From: Lineus longissimus
Lineage: Eukaryota
Assembly: GCF_910592395.1 (NCBI RefSeq)
Contig: NC_088308.1
Location: forward strand, 2,356,001-2,420,000
Length of the DNA stretch: 64,000 bases
Reading direction: 5' to 3'
The position numbers were made by a program, and so were the translations under genes. Below, one piece after another: positions 1 to 12,331 of this stretch; position 1 is the stretch's first letter; each line of letters begins with the position of its first letter. The notes under the pieces were generated by a model, which saw only the letters and a program-made list of their open reading frames with translations, was not told where the DNA came from and made no database searches.

Positions 1-557
1 GTTATGACTTTGATATGGTTGTCAGGATAATCAAATCCTGCTCAAGAAGTAGGCTAAAATACATGTCATAGGGAAGTTAAAAGTTGTGTTAAAAACTAAC
101 ATACATGTATCACGGTATGGTACCCTAAATTTTAACACCTCTTGAAAGGTTTTGATTGTTAGTCAGGCAAACAAGCACCAAGAGTCTCAATAGCCTCTGA
201 GGTTCTCAGCAATACTGTGTTATCTTGAGGTAAACAATATCTAAACTTGTGTTTTCAAGGCATTTAGAGGCACATTAAAGATTGTCCTAGATTAAATATC
301 AACGGCATTGGTTTGTGTTCTTAGTTAACACAAAAGATTACAACCAAAACTATAAAAGGTTTTAAAACTTGATGTTAAATATTGGAAACAACGTCACTGT
401 AAAACCAAAAGCCAAGTTCAGAAATATAAGATCAATCAAACAAAATGGTATATTAGTGCCGACACCTCAAATCAATGACAAACAGAAAATGGTCAATATC
501 TGGTTTCTTCACAATCTTTCTTTTTTCCCCAACAAGCAAAAACTATGTGATACTTAC

Positions 558-2814
558 TGCTTCAGTCTGCATGGCCGCTTCGATCGCCTGGGGAGGTGTC
601 TTTGGCCGGAGATCCTCTCGGATACCTTTGAGCATCTTCTCGAGGGCCGCCCACGTGACAAACCCATCATAGAATTCTGGTGGTGGGCCGGTGTACTGTT
701 CTATTTTGGGAATATCTGGTATCTTGATGTTTTCTACTTTATCCTTCATTTCTTTCATCTCATTTTTAATCTTTTCCTGTTAAAGTAGAAAGACAAGTTT
801 CAAAAGTTGAGTATTTAGAATACCAGACACTGCACAATGCCATGATCAATATTACCAATCAACTTCTAGCTCTAAATTCCAGAACACTTTGGTTGCAATG
901 TATAGTATCATTTTGTGTGTACATGAATTTTTCCGGTACAACTCATTTTCAGAGCAGAGTTATCATATTAGTCTGCTTGATTGTATTGTAATGCTAATGC
1001 CATGATGAGAGATGTCTGACAGGATTCACTGTCCTGCTAACATCAATACTTACAAACATATCCTCAAGGTCCTTTAGCCGTTTTCTCAGTTCGTTCATCT
1101 CACTGTCCCGATTCTGAAAAATACAAATTATTCGTTCAAAAAACTTGAAAACTGAAAATTTGCTTTGACATGCACTGCAATTTTGTCATGCTGAACAAGT
1201 TAAGAAATGTAATTTGCGGAAGAGAATAATCTGTCCGTGTTCAGTAATTTCAGGGGTCGAATAGAATCAAGGCAATCAGCAGTGGCAGTTATTGATTACA
1301 TTTGCTCTCTGCAACCTTGTCTAACATCACACCATGACATATTTATTGATGTAATACACAGAATAATTGATACTAACTGTAATAGGAAATGGACAATTAG
1401 TGCCTAACTTAGACACTTCCTTCAACAACACGGCTTCTTACAATAGCCAGATCAATAAGCCACACGCCATCACGCTCAGGTAGTTCTGACTTGTGTATCG
1501 ATTTTTAACACGAGGAACTAAGAAAAACTACTTTTTCACACAGCCGCATTTATACCTGCAGACCACATTTTGGGCTACATCCCCACACATTCTAATAGTT
1601 TACATTAGACACTCTAAAATGATTTGAAGCAATGCTGAATGATCTTATGCATTGATTGACCACTTACTGAGTTAGCCTCCTCCAGTTGCTTTTTGAGTGC
1701 TTCATTGACAGCTTTGAGGTCCTGAATTTCCTTCAACAAATCTTCAACCATGGACATGAGCTGAAAAGAAATTCATAACCGATTTTCTACACTGGACGGT
1801 GAAGGTATTGGGGCTCCGCTCAAGCCTGGCTGAATCTGCACAGGGAACATCTTCATTAAGGTGGTTAACTATCAGGATCTTTTGAGTGACAACCATACGG
1901 ACACCCACACAAAATAGACAAGACTTAGAAATACAAACAAACTGCACATTTCAATCTTTGAATGTAGCATTATGTAGTTTGGGTAATAAACTTTATTAAG
2001 TGGAATAAAATCCCACTAATCCCAAACATCCAAAACACGTGCTAAGCCTAGTGCCCCTAAGAAAACAAAAATTATCAAGGAAAAATAAAGGCATTATTGA
2101 ACAAAAAGGATTACTGTTTAGTTTTTAAATCCTGTTAAAAAACCTAGCGAATTCTGTTACGAACAACAAGAGAGATAACTTAAAATAAAGTACATAGGCC
2201 TACGGGTACACTTTAAAGGTCCAGCATATTTTACGTTAATTCTCTTTTGAGGAAGCTTGCAAGTTTACGCCGATCATCGACATGGCCAGGCATACCGAGT
2301 CACGACATGCAATCAAATGATGAAATCATAAATACATTACCTTTCCGACTCCTGCTTCATTTGCATCAACCCTCTTTGCGAGTTGCATCGACTGCCACAT
2401 ATCTGTGACAGGTTTCGGTTTTGAAGGATCTTTTGCTCTACCGAAAAGATCTTCATTGCTCGGTAACCTGTTGAGGCTTTCCAAGTCCTTTTCAAGCTTA
2501 GAAACTTTGGCTTCGAGAACATGGTAATGCGATTTCTTTTTTGGCACAGGTTCCACATCTTTGACGCTCTCTCCATCCGTTTCTAATCCACTATCCTTAC
2601 CGGCACTTGTTGCCGATTGGACTCGGACACCTTCTGGTACTGAAGCCAGAAGCTGCTGATCAGTCTCACTGAGTTCTGCCTTCACATCTCTCAGATCAAG
2701 CTTTGAAAGTACAGCATGCAGAAGTGTATGAAGCACATTGAAATTTACAGCCCCCACTTCAGGTGTGCCAAGGGCCAAATCAACCATACGAGACAGACTG
2801 ACAGCTGCAGCCAT
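558..2814 (-). CDS. QRICH2/C16orf96-like coiled-coil protein, 5' part (continues beyond left edge)
   Basis: ATG at 2814. Phase-0 GT-AG exons 2814-2341, 1760-1668, 1113-1054 and 776-558. N-terminus MAAAVSLSRMVDLALGTPEVGAVNFNVLHTLLHAVL, plus PVTDMWQSMQLAKRVDANEAGVGK and FVTWAALE, resemble QRICH2/C16orf96 family motifs. Which vertebrate paralogue is closest cannot be decided here. Confidence 0.8.
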
Positions 2815-3164
2815 CTTCACTTCTGCCTAATACTTTCAAAGTATCAATTTTATCCCTTGATCAACAGAAAAATACAGATTATTTCATCATTTTGACAGGA
2901 GAAATTTCTATTGTATCCAACCAATGTAGGTTTTGTGTACATTGACCACTTTACCGATACCCTGGCGATCGCCTACGCATTACACCAAAAAACAACTTAT
3001 TCTCTTGTAAGGAAATTGGTGTACCCGTGTTTCCTTTGGTTCAATCTAACTTCTCAGCAAGTTTTTGGAACTAAATGTCAATGAAATATCTCGAGATACA
3101 ACTTTGCAGTATTTCCGTTTCGAACTATTTATTTGTGTATATGCGTAGTAATTCGTACCATGCG

Positions 3165-3203
3165 GTTGCTGCTGACAACGGAGCTTTCAGCGGAAGTGAC
3201 GTC
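3165..3203. promoter_or_regulatory. Probable bidirectional promoter core: X-box-like GTTGCTGCTGACAAC and ETS-CRE composite CGGAAGTGACGTC
   Basis: Motifs read directly at 3165-3179 and 3191-3203, in a CpG-containing patch between two divergent genes. Confidence 0.5.
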
Positions 3204-4088
3204 GGTTTAGCAGACGAAATTTACAAATTTAGCCTTTTCTTCTTCTGAAACTTAATTTAAAGTAATTTTTATGAATGACAACTCTTAAGGAATAACCTTC
3301 ATGTCATAAACTGTTCATTGTAGCTGTTTCTGAACGATTTTACTTCGGAGAATCACTTCCTTATATTTTCTCTTTGTCAAGGATTGCTTCCCTCATATGT
3401 GGGTAGAGGGCAGCACCGTTCGGCGGAAAATCTGAAAATATAATTCTATCAGAGTACTTCGAATTCATCCGCATCAACACATACAATTAGGATTTCTTCA
3501 TCCTACGGTATTAAATCACCTTCAAGAGAAGTTACATATGCTCATTTCCTAAACTGAACTGCCGACACCACTTCACAATCTCCGAGTGAACATTGTGTTT
3601 GCAGTTTTTCACACTTCACGTGCATTTTTCATGTGCATTTTTCATGTGCAATTCATCTTCATCATCATGCACTAAGAGCTCCCTATTATATTTGTCTTTC
3701 ATGACATCAGTGACTTTACCAAGACAGTGACAGTGTGCATTATTGTCTTGTTTGTTGCAATGAATGTCTAGGCCTACTCATACTGACTCTTTATGGATGC
3801 TGGTAGTGGTAAGGCAGTAGCGGGTAACCCAGGGCCAGGCCTTACGTCAATTATCATCACCACCTCTGGCTCTGCGTTCCGTTATAGCCCTATCCATTTA
3901 GGTCATGATGTTAATTCCCATTAAATAGCAGTGATATAACGCACAATGTTCTCGTGGCGTGGAGATACTACATTTCGGTTCAGATGGAATTTTGAATACA
4001 CTTTTTTAAACTCTGCCTAGTGTTCATTTTTGGTCGGTTTATTTGCATGTCGCTTTCCACTTTCAGCAGCTGTACAGCAAGTGCTATA

Positions 4089-7000
4089 ATGGATACACCA
4101 GAGAATACGGCTGTGGTGAACTTGCTGAAAGATTTCAATGACCTTGTCTCTCATCAGAGCAGGGGTCCAAAGATAGCCAAGACCCTTGACTTTAGTACAA
4201 GCTTTGATAATCGTTCACAATGCAGCTCAGTTACAATGAAGTCATTACTGGGTAGGTGGATTATAACATATACATGTATTAATATTGCCAACTCGATTCC
4301 TCTAAATCTTGATCATGGATCTCTTTAGATTTCAGTGTGGTTCTTTAGGACAATCCATTTGTAACTTTAGCTTTTATTCTACCTGTATTCATGATACACT
4401 ACATCACACATATTGTCAAGAAAACTTCCAGCCAGTTTTTTTATATGAGCCGGTCATTCTTGAACTGATTGATTACTTTGCTTGTGATGTTGTGTTTATC
4501 ACCTTGCAGAAAAAGAGCGTGCAGGCCGTGAGCGAGAGGCAGCATTGCTGGCAGCAAAGGGCCGTATCGCCAGTCTAGAAAACAAAATGGGCAGCCTGGA
4601 AACGTCGAGAAAAAGGGCTCGAATTGATTATGAATCAGAGATGGAGAACTTGAAGATTGAAAGAATGGTATGATCATCACAAACACCCCAATTTGCCTCT
4701 AACCCCATTAATATCATAATATCTTTTCTCTTTTTCTCAATACCAGGAAAAATTAAGTCACAGTACACAAAACTTAACAGGAATTGACAAGCCTGAGTTA
4801 TATTTTTGAATTGAGAGATGAGTATGTTTTGTTATGAATGAAGAGCCCCGTGGAAAAAGATTTTGGAGTTCATCCACAGTGCCTCTTGCACTTGCAACCT
4901 AAAGTTTTACATTGTGGCTTTTCTGATAGACTGTGTGGTAAGACTTCAAACGTTTGAGGTAAGTTCTGTGCTTCTATTTTCAGAAAGAGCAGCAAAGAAT
5001 TGATGATATGAAAAGTCGCTTAAACTTTGTAGTGCAGAACGAGGAGGAGCTACGTGACCAGTTGGATGATACAAGGAAAAAAATGGAAACACAGAAGGCA
5101 GAGAGTGGAGAAAAGATTAAAAATCTTCAGAAAGAATTATTTAATTTACAAACTGAATTCATGGAGGTAACTTTATTACTTGGTTGATTTCCATTGATGA
5201 TGCCTGGCTTATAAAACCAACTAAACTGAATACGTAGATGCTAGATGAATATGTTGATAACTCCATTTGCCTCGGATGTGACTTACTACCCGTTTTGCTG
5301 TCCTGGGTCACATATTTTGATTTTTGTGCTGACGTCACCTAATATACTTGCATTTAAACCAATATTTCAGTATCAGGAGGACACGAGACAACAACAGCTT
5401 GATTCAAAGAATGACCTCTTACGAGGGCAAACTGAACTACAGATATGTAAAAATGAACTGTCAGAAACTAAGACACAGCTGAAGTTACAAAATAGGTAAA
5501 TTGTAAAGACAATTCGGTTGAGTGAGCTACCCATTGTTGAGACCAGGGTTATGGTGATTAAAAAAAAGGGTTCATTTTAAGTTGGCGCATGTACATTGGT
5601 ATGCATTGGAAGTGCCAGAGAAATGCTAAGTGTTTATTTTTGTAGATGGTCTTTCACTACAGACTTCAGATTAAGAGTTTGACAGGATTGATGAATACCC
5701 CGCCATCTGAATTGGCATTACAGTGTTGTCAAAATGTACATAGATCTGTCATTTTCAGGAAAAACTCTGAACTCAAAGGTCAAATTCAGGATCTTGAGGA
5801 GTATCGCTCGAATGGTTCTGATGCTGAAGTAAGAATAAAAGAATTGGAGCAGGAATTATCGAGAATGAGGGATGAGGCTGTGTTGGTCAAGGCCATGAAA
5901 GCAAAACTGGCTGCTTACCCAGAGATCGAGAAAGAAAACAGGGAGCTCAGGAACGAGAATAATGTGTTGATGTAAGTAAGCATGGGCATATAATGTTTTT
6001 TTGCTATATGATTTGTGACCCGTCACAGCAAAACCAGGCGCATGTCGCGCAGAAGATGAGCCTAAATGACACCAGGAGATAATGGAAGAAATTGATTTGC
6101 TCATATTTCACAAAAGGCTGACAACAGAGAAATGAACAAACAGTCCGTCTCAACCTACCAAGCTCAGAGTGACATACGCCTGGTTTTGCTGTGACGGGTC
6201 ACATTTTACCTATCAGAATATCTTCCTATTAAGCACAGCATTTATAAGTGTCAGCTCAAAGGTGTCCTTAGAGTGGTCTTACTTTAAATGGTTGATTGAT
6301 AGACAATTGTAATTATTTTCAGTGGCAAACGTGATAATGTGCTGCTGTTGGAAGAACAGGTTGAAAGCCTCGAGCAGAAGGTGACAAGGGGTGAACAGAC
6401 GTGTGTCGATTTGAGCCGTCTGCAGATCGAAAATGAAGAATTGAAGAAAAAGCTTGTGAAGTGGGAGGCAGAGGATCTCTCAGGTGTAAGGCGGCCACAG
6501 TAAGTAGTCTTGTTATAACTGGACAGTTCTGGTGGCTGTTCTTACTAAGGCAGTATAAGAGAAGTTAAACTATCAGGGTCAAATTCATAAAGGGCATTTA
6601 AGGGTTAGACGTGTGTAACTTCTCCCTAATCAGTTTCAGGGCCTATTCATATTCTGTGAAGATTTACATGAAGGACCTAAATCTGTCAACTCAGTAGTGA
6701 AATGCTGTTTTAAGCTAAACACCCATGATGAATTTGGCCCTCAGTTTCTCCACAAAATTTGCATCCAGCACAGTTTGTTGAAAAAACATGATAACTATAC
6801 CTGAATGGTGTAACCCATGCCTACCAGAAGGATGGTCACTTGAGAGGAACGGATGGGGTCACAAGTTCATGATCAAAACTCTCTTCACTATTTTAGGTCT
6901 CCCAATCAGCTGGCAAGAAGACTGGCCGAGTTACAGACTGAACACGCCATCCTCTTAGAAAAACAGGGTCAGCTGCAAGCCAAGTAAGACAAATATAAAA

Positions 7001-9553
7001 ACTTACTAAAATGTGACAGCATTATTTGCTAAGTCCAGCTGTGCTGCATGTTGGCAATAACAGATCCATGTACATGTACATGTAGGCCTAACATAGCTTC
7101 ATTAGAGTCATCTGAATGACACTCTGATAGATTTGGGCTTCGTGTGTATAGATACATGTAGCTGAATTGGCATTGGTACATGTCCTTATATTCTGATCAG
7201 CAATTATCAAGAAAATGATCGTGAGATTAACAGGTCATGAGCAGTTTATCATTTCTGTTGACTTTTTCAGCAATCGCCTGGCAGAGAAGGCTCGGAAGGA
7301 GGCAGAAGAGCGCACTCATATCACCAGTCAACAACTTGCCCTGGAGGAACAAAAAAGTCTTGATCGGGAGGAATTGGTACGGAAACTTAGGAGGAAGCTG
7401 CTGTTGTTGTCCAAGGTACGTTGTGTGGTTGTGAAACAACATTAAAACATCTGTCAGGTAAGGTGGTACAGCTACATTTGTAAGGCTACAGTACAATTAT
7501 AGCCTCTGTGTGCATAAATATGTACTGCCAGCTGTTTTGGAAAATATAGGACTATAATGGTAGTGGGGCTGTGAAAGTACAACTTCAACACTTTGCCAGC
7601 TTGAATCCAGATCCATGCAGATTTTCTTCATCTTACCTGTTAACATTTTGTGTTGATCTAGGAGAGGGAAGGCTACCAGAGAACCATTACAGCATACGAG
7701 AGTGAGGTGACCGTTAATATGAACTCACAGTCAAAGGCTAGGATTAGTATGTTGGAGGAGGCAGCACAGGGGTATCGCAAACATAATGATATACTGGAGG
7801 AGGAAATATCAAGAGTTGTGGAGCAACTTTGCCAACTCAGAGAAAAAAATCTACAGGTGAGGACTACAGAATGATGCTGGATAAATTTCAGAAAATGAAA
7901 TATCTACACCAAAAAACCAATGATTTGGTGGCAGAGGAAAATTTAAGGGTGTTTCAGGCTTACCACATGTAAGTCTGTACCGGTATTGCCGACCTGCATT
8001 ATAATACCTCTGGTTGTTCTTTTCAGCTTGAACAAAAGTTAACCGAGAGAAGTGCCTCCCCAGATCAACAAGCTCCAAATATTGCAGAAACAGATCAGAA
8101 ACTTATCCTCCAGCTTCGGGAGAAGATATCAGATCTAGAAGATTGCTTGGAGAGGAGAGCTCTACAGGTAACCATAGATTTTGCTATTTTGACGTCAGAA
8201 TCTGAGGTGCTCTCATGTTTGGTGTCCCAGACATGTATGAGGTTTTCTTGGTCAGATTAAGTGAGGGATTGTTACTACATGTAGAACAGCCCTCATCACA
8301 CAGGAGGAGACAACCTTGATTACCGGTACATTCAGCAGGCCTTGTCTTGACTTGTTTTCCCTGAAAATCGGTAATTGTGGGTCACAATCTCAGATCATCA
8401 CTCACTCCGGTATATGATAAAAATCTCGCCTTTGATCATACTTAAGTATCATTGGAATATCTTCTTTGCCTCTTTCAGGGTGACTTTGATCCCCTGAAGA
8501 CAAAGGTAATTCATTTGAGGATGAACCCAGCTGAGAAAGCCCAGGAGGAACGAGCAAAGATGTTTGAGAGATTAAAGGAAGAAAACGAACGCCTCCGATC
8601 AAAGATCAAACAGTTAGAAGAGACTGCTGGAGTTGAGCATGAACAGACTTTGAAACTTGATGCGGGCGGTGAAGCCACACCTAGCACAAGCAAGGCAGTA
8701 GAAGGTTGGTAAAATCACTTTTTTAGGAGATGGTTTGCTTGGCTCTTGTAAAACATTACCAGTGGGTGAATGGGGAAGTTTGCTTGTGGTTAAAATTTGT
8801 CATCGTAGGCAAGGACATACTGTGGCAGAATTGCTTTCTTTGTTATGGTATATCTGCTTGTCTGCAGCTTGACTCCTTCATTTAGACCTGCACAACTGGG
8901 TGACGACTGCTAGACTTGAGCTAATCTCTTCGACATGTTTTCAGACCTGCAAAGCCAGGTGACGTCTGCCGAGTTGAAGAACAAGCGTTTGATGGAGGCT
9001 TTCAAGAAAACTAGTCAAGAGTTCCGTGAAGTGTGCTACCAGCTGACAGGGTTCAAAGTGGATAAGCTGAATAACAACCAGTATCGCTTGATGAGCATGT
9101 ATGCTGAGTCTGCTGAGGATTCTCTCATGTTTCAGGTTAGTAGACCATGTGCTTAGCAATACTTTCCAAGTGACCAACAACCTCGGGAGGAAAGCCAAAA
9201 TATAACCCCCCCCCCCCGAGAATCAAACCTACAGCCTCTCTTATCATGAGGTTGGCCCTCTACCACCAAGCTTTATACCTATTGCAGTGGGTTCAGCGGT
9301 ATGTCTTGTAGGTTTGATTTACTGACTCTGGAGAGGGTCCTATTGCAATTTAGGGTCGAAGCACGAAAATCATAAAAAATTCATTTCATTTCAGCAATCC
9401 ACAAAGGGAGAGATGCAGTTGTTGGAGACGCCATTTTCCCAGTCACTGTCTGAACTTATCGATCAATACCTCATGCAGCGTGGCAGTATTCCGGCTTTCC
9501 TATGTGCCCTCACTATGGAATTATTCAGCAGACAGACAATGATGATATCGTGA
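4089..9553 (+). CDS. MAD1L1: Mitotic spindle assembly checkpoint protein MAD1 (720 aa, 13 coding exons)
   Basis: Exons 4089-4251, 4510-4667, 4984-5166, 5371-5495, 5759-5971, 6323-6499, 6897-6983, 7271-7415, 7662-7856, 8027-8167, 8479-8704, 8945-9135, 9395-9553 (2163 nt, all GT-AG). Long coiled coil, MAD2-interacting motif KVIHLRMNP, EFREVCYQLTGF, and C-terminal SIPAFLCALTMELFSRQT. Confidence 0.96.
6014..6203. mobile_element. MITE in MAD1 intron 5
   Basis: Perfect 27-bp terminal inverted repeat TGTGACCCGTCACAGCAAAACCAGGCG / CGCCTGGTTTTGCTGTGACGGGTCACA, extending imperfectly inward. No ORF of note. Confidence 0.85.
6575..6741. mobile_element. Degenerate MITE in MAD1 intron 6
   Basis: Imperfect terminal inverted repeat AGGGTCAAATTCATAAAGGGCATTTA versus the reverse complement of TAAACACCCATGATGAATTTGGCCCT. 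Confidence 0.6.
9204..9272 (-). mobile_element. tRNA-derived SINE head remnant
   Basis: Minus strand reads AGCTTGGTGGTAGAG (A-box-like) ... GTAGGTTTGATTCTC (degenerate B-box). No complete cloverleaf. Confidence 0.4.
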
Positions 9554-10685
9554 AAACGGGTATCCTCTGATAATGGACTAATGTAGCACAAACAATTTCA
9601 TTGCTTTGGAGTCTTCTTACACAAGTAGACAGGACAGAGGTGAACATGGCAGCTTCAAGTTGCCTTCTGAACATAGATTTCTTTGCTACGTGATGAAAAA
9701 CACGAACTGAGTGTATGATGTGTTGACCTGTCTTCGGTGCAGGTTTTGTGATTCAGGATTACAAGAACAATTTAGTCTTGTAACTCCCATCATGAGAACT
9801 CGGGTCACTTTTTAATGTTGAGAGGCTCAATTTCATTTCTGCATTTTGCCAAAGGTGCTTTTGTGTTAACCTGGACATGTTGATAGTACATTACCTATAT
9901 GTTCAATGTTGCCAACATGTTCACTGGTTCATGATACTTGACATTTATATCTACATGTACATATTGACAGAATATATACCAAAACTCGTCTATAACTTGT
10001 TTTCCTTCTTTGCGTTTGATTAAAGTCCAATGATAAGCATTTCCAGCTGGACGTCCTTGAAAGTGTCTCAGGTCATATGTTCAGCTCTGCAATGAGGGTC
10101 TTGAAGGACAATAGACCTGTGAAGTCAATCGTATATGGGATGAAACAAGTGCCATGCGCCCACATCCAAGTATGTGCCTTGCTCACTGCAGAGGGACAGT
10201 AGTCACCAGGCCAAGAATCAAACCTGCCTTGTGATTATCAGCCTTGCACTGCACCTCTGATCTATTCCCTCCAGTTGTTCCATGATCTTGGAGAAAACCA
10301 GGCTGAAGATGAGCACTGTTCTTGGGACCTTTCTCCCAGACTAGTTTCCTACATGTATGTGGGCAAAGGCACACAGTCTCCCACCCTCTTATTACTAGTT
10401 ACTAGTTTCATCACGCTCAAGTGGGACAAGGGCCATGGCATTAGGTATCGGTTTTCAGGATTGGACTCCATCACTTGAGATATGAGATGGGGAGAACTGC
10501 ATGCACAACTATTGGACAGAAATCAGTGAACCATTCCATCCACCATGCAGCAGTCTTCTTTAACTATGAATCAACCTTTGTGTTGGTACATACATTTACA
10601 TGTAAGACCAGTGTGGTCTCCACACAGGTTAAGACAAATACCATATCGAAATAATAAGCAAGAGTATTTTTACAACAATACAATG

Positions 10686-10691
10686 TTTATT
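10686..10691 (-). other. Candidate polyadenylation signal for CPE (implies ~4.2 kb 3' UTR)
   Basis: AATAAA on the minus strand followed by U/GU-rich sequence. The 10.7-14.8 kb stretch is non-coding. Confidence 0.5.
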
Positions 10692-11114
10692 GCACAAAAT
10701 ACAATCACCAGACTATGATCAGATGATAGGAAGAACTCTGCAAGAAAGTCTGCGAATCAGATAAGGTAACCATGGTAACTGAACAAGATGCTGAAACGAC
10801 GTTACAAAAACCTTTCATTTTGTCATACAGAGACAGATGACAAAGGGACTATCTCAAAGTTGACTGAAGCTGAAAAAGACTAAATTGTCTCGGGGTTTTC
10901 AGAGCTTCCATTTTTCCATTTTCTGTGGCTTCATTGTACTTTAAATGGTACACTGGTGTCAAATGCAGACGCAGAGGTCTAAAACTAGTAAAAGGGTTGA
11001 AATACAGCCTCTAATACTCTATATTTTTGCAAGACAGCATTGTTTTTCATCATCTTGCAGGGCTTGAGGGAGTAATGAAATAATTTCAGCTTCAATCAAT
11101 TTTGAGACGATCCC

Positions 11115-11396
11115 TTAACACCATCAGCGCCGAACCACGTAGATCTACGTGGCCCAAATCCCCCTCCCCGTTGAGCTGGTTATCGGAGTCTCATTGACTT
11201 CATGAAAGAACTACGCCATCGCCATCTTCAGGACACAGTACGAACTGAAAATAGCGTTTGGTCTTTTCAGTTCCTACTTTGCCCTGAAGATGGCGATGGC
11301 GTAGTTCTTCCATGAAGTCCATGAGACTCCGATAACCAGCTCAGAGGGGGAATTTGGGCAACGTAGATCTACGTGGTTCGGCGCTGAAGGTGTTAA
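11115..11396. mobile_element. Foldback (whole-length palindromic) MITE with TTAA target-site duplication, piggyBac-like, copy 1
   Basis: TTAA at 11115-11118 and 11393-11396. Ends CACCATCAGCGCCGAACCACGTAGATCTACGT / ACGTAGATCTACGTGGTTCGGCGCTGAAGGTG. Arms pair for ~130 bp around a short loop. Confidence 0.9.
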
Positions 11397-12180
11397 AGTC
11401 TCATTCCATGAAATGAAGTCCTGAGTTGTGTGATCTTGAAATCCTTTACCCGTTCTTGTGTTACCATTATATTAAACGAGGGAAGGCAGGGAAGAATTTG
11501 GAATGTTCTTTTTAACATGTCTTAGGAATGGCACAAAATCAGATTCAAAAGGACAATACTCTGCATGTTCAGAATTTAGAATTATCAGAATCTGGAATTC
11601 GGGAAATGGAATGTAACGTTAATTACAACAGTCATGGTCCCGTCTTGACTGCACAACGTTTTTCTGTATAACATTCCTAAAATAGCAATTTTGGAAATAC
11701 TGCTGGTGTGACATGCATGTAGTTGTCATGACAGCCAAATTTTAGAATTGCAGGTTGCAAAGCAAACAATGAGTGCAACTTAAAGGGACAAGCGAGAATT
11801 TTTCATAGAAATTTTAAAAGTTACTAAAAGAAGCAATCGACTTGATTAATTTCAATCAAAGTTGTAAAATAAAAATTTAAAAATCAATAGTAATACATAA
11901 CAGAATCATTCTTAGGTGGTATTAAGTTCTCCCACGCTCTCAAATACTTGTAGTTTACGACATGCAATCTCTTGTCTCCCACATTGTCAATACCCAAAAT
12001 ACAAGTACGTGTACGGTGTACTGTACATGATGTGACCTCTGGTGGTTGATGTACAGTGTTAGCTATAAATCCAGAATAAATCCGGTCATCGGCAGTAACG
12101 TTAACTCAGCTGTGAAATGATTATAAGCAGGACTTGAGTAGCATTCAGAAAGCTTCTGAGCAAATACATAAATAATTCAA

Positions 12181-12331
12181 TACAGAGTGCCCCAAAAATA
12201 TGTCACAGTCTATCATGGCTGTTAACGGTAAGAATCTATCCTCATTGCTTTCTACCAACTATCATTATGACCCCCTTTCCAAAAAATTATATCAAAAGAA
12301 AAATTTAACAACCTTTTTGAGACACACTGTA
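12181..12331. mobile_element. Tc1/mariner-type MITE remnant
   Basis: TA-CAGAGTGCCCCAAAAA ... TTTTTGAGACACACTG-TA: imperfect TIR with TA target duplication. Confidence 0.6.
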
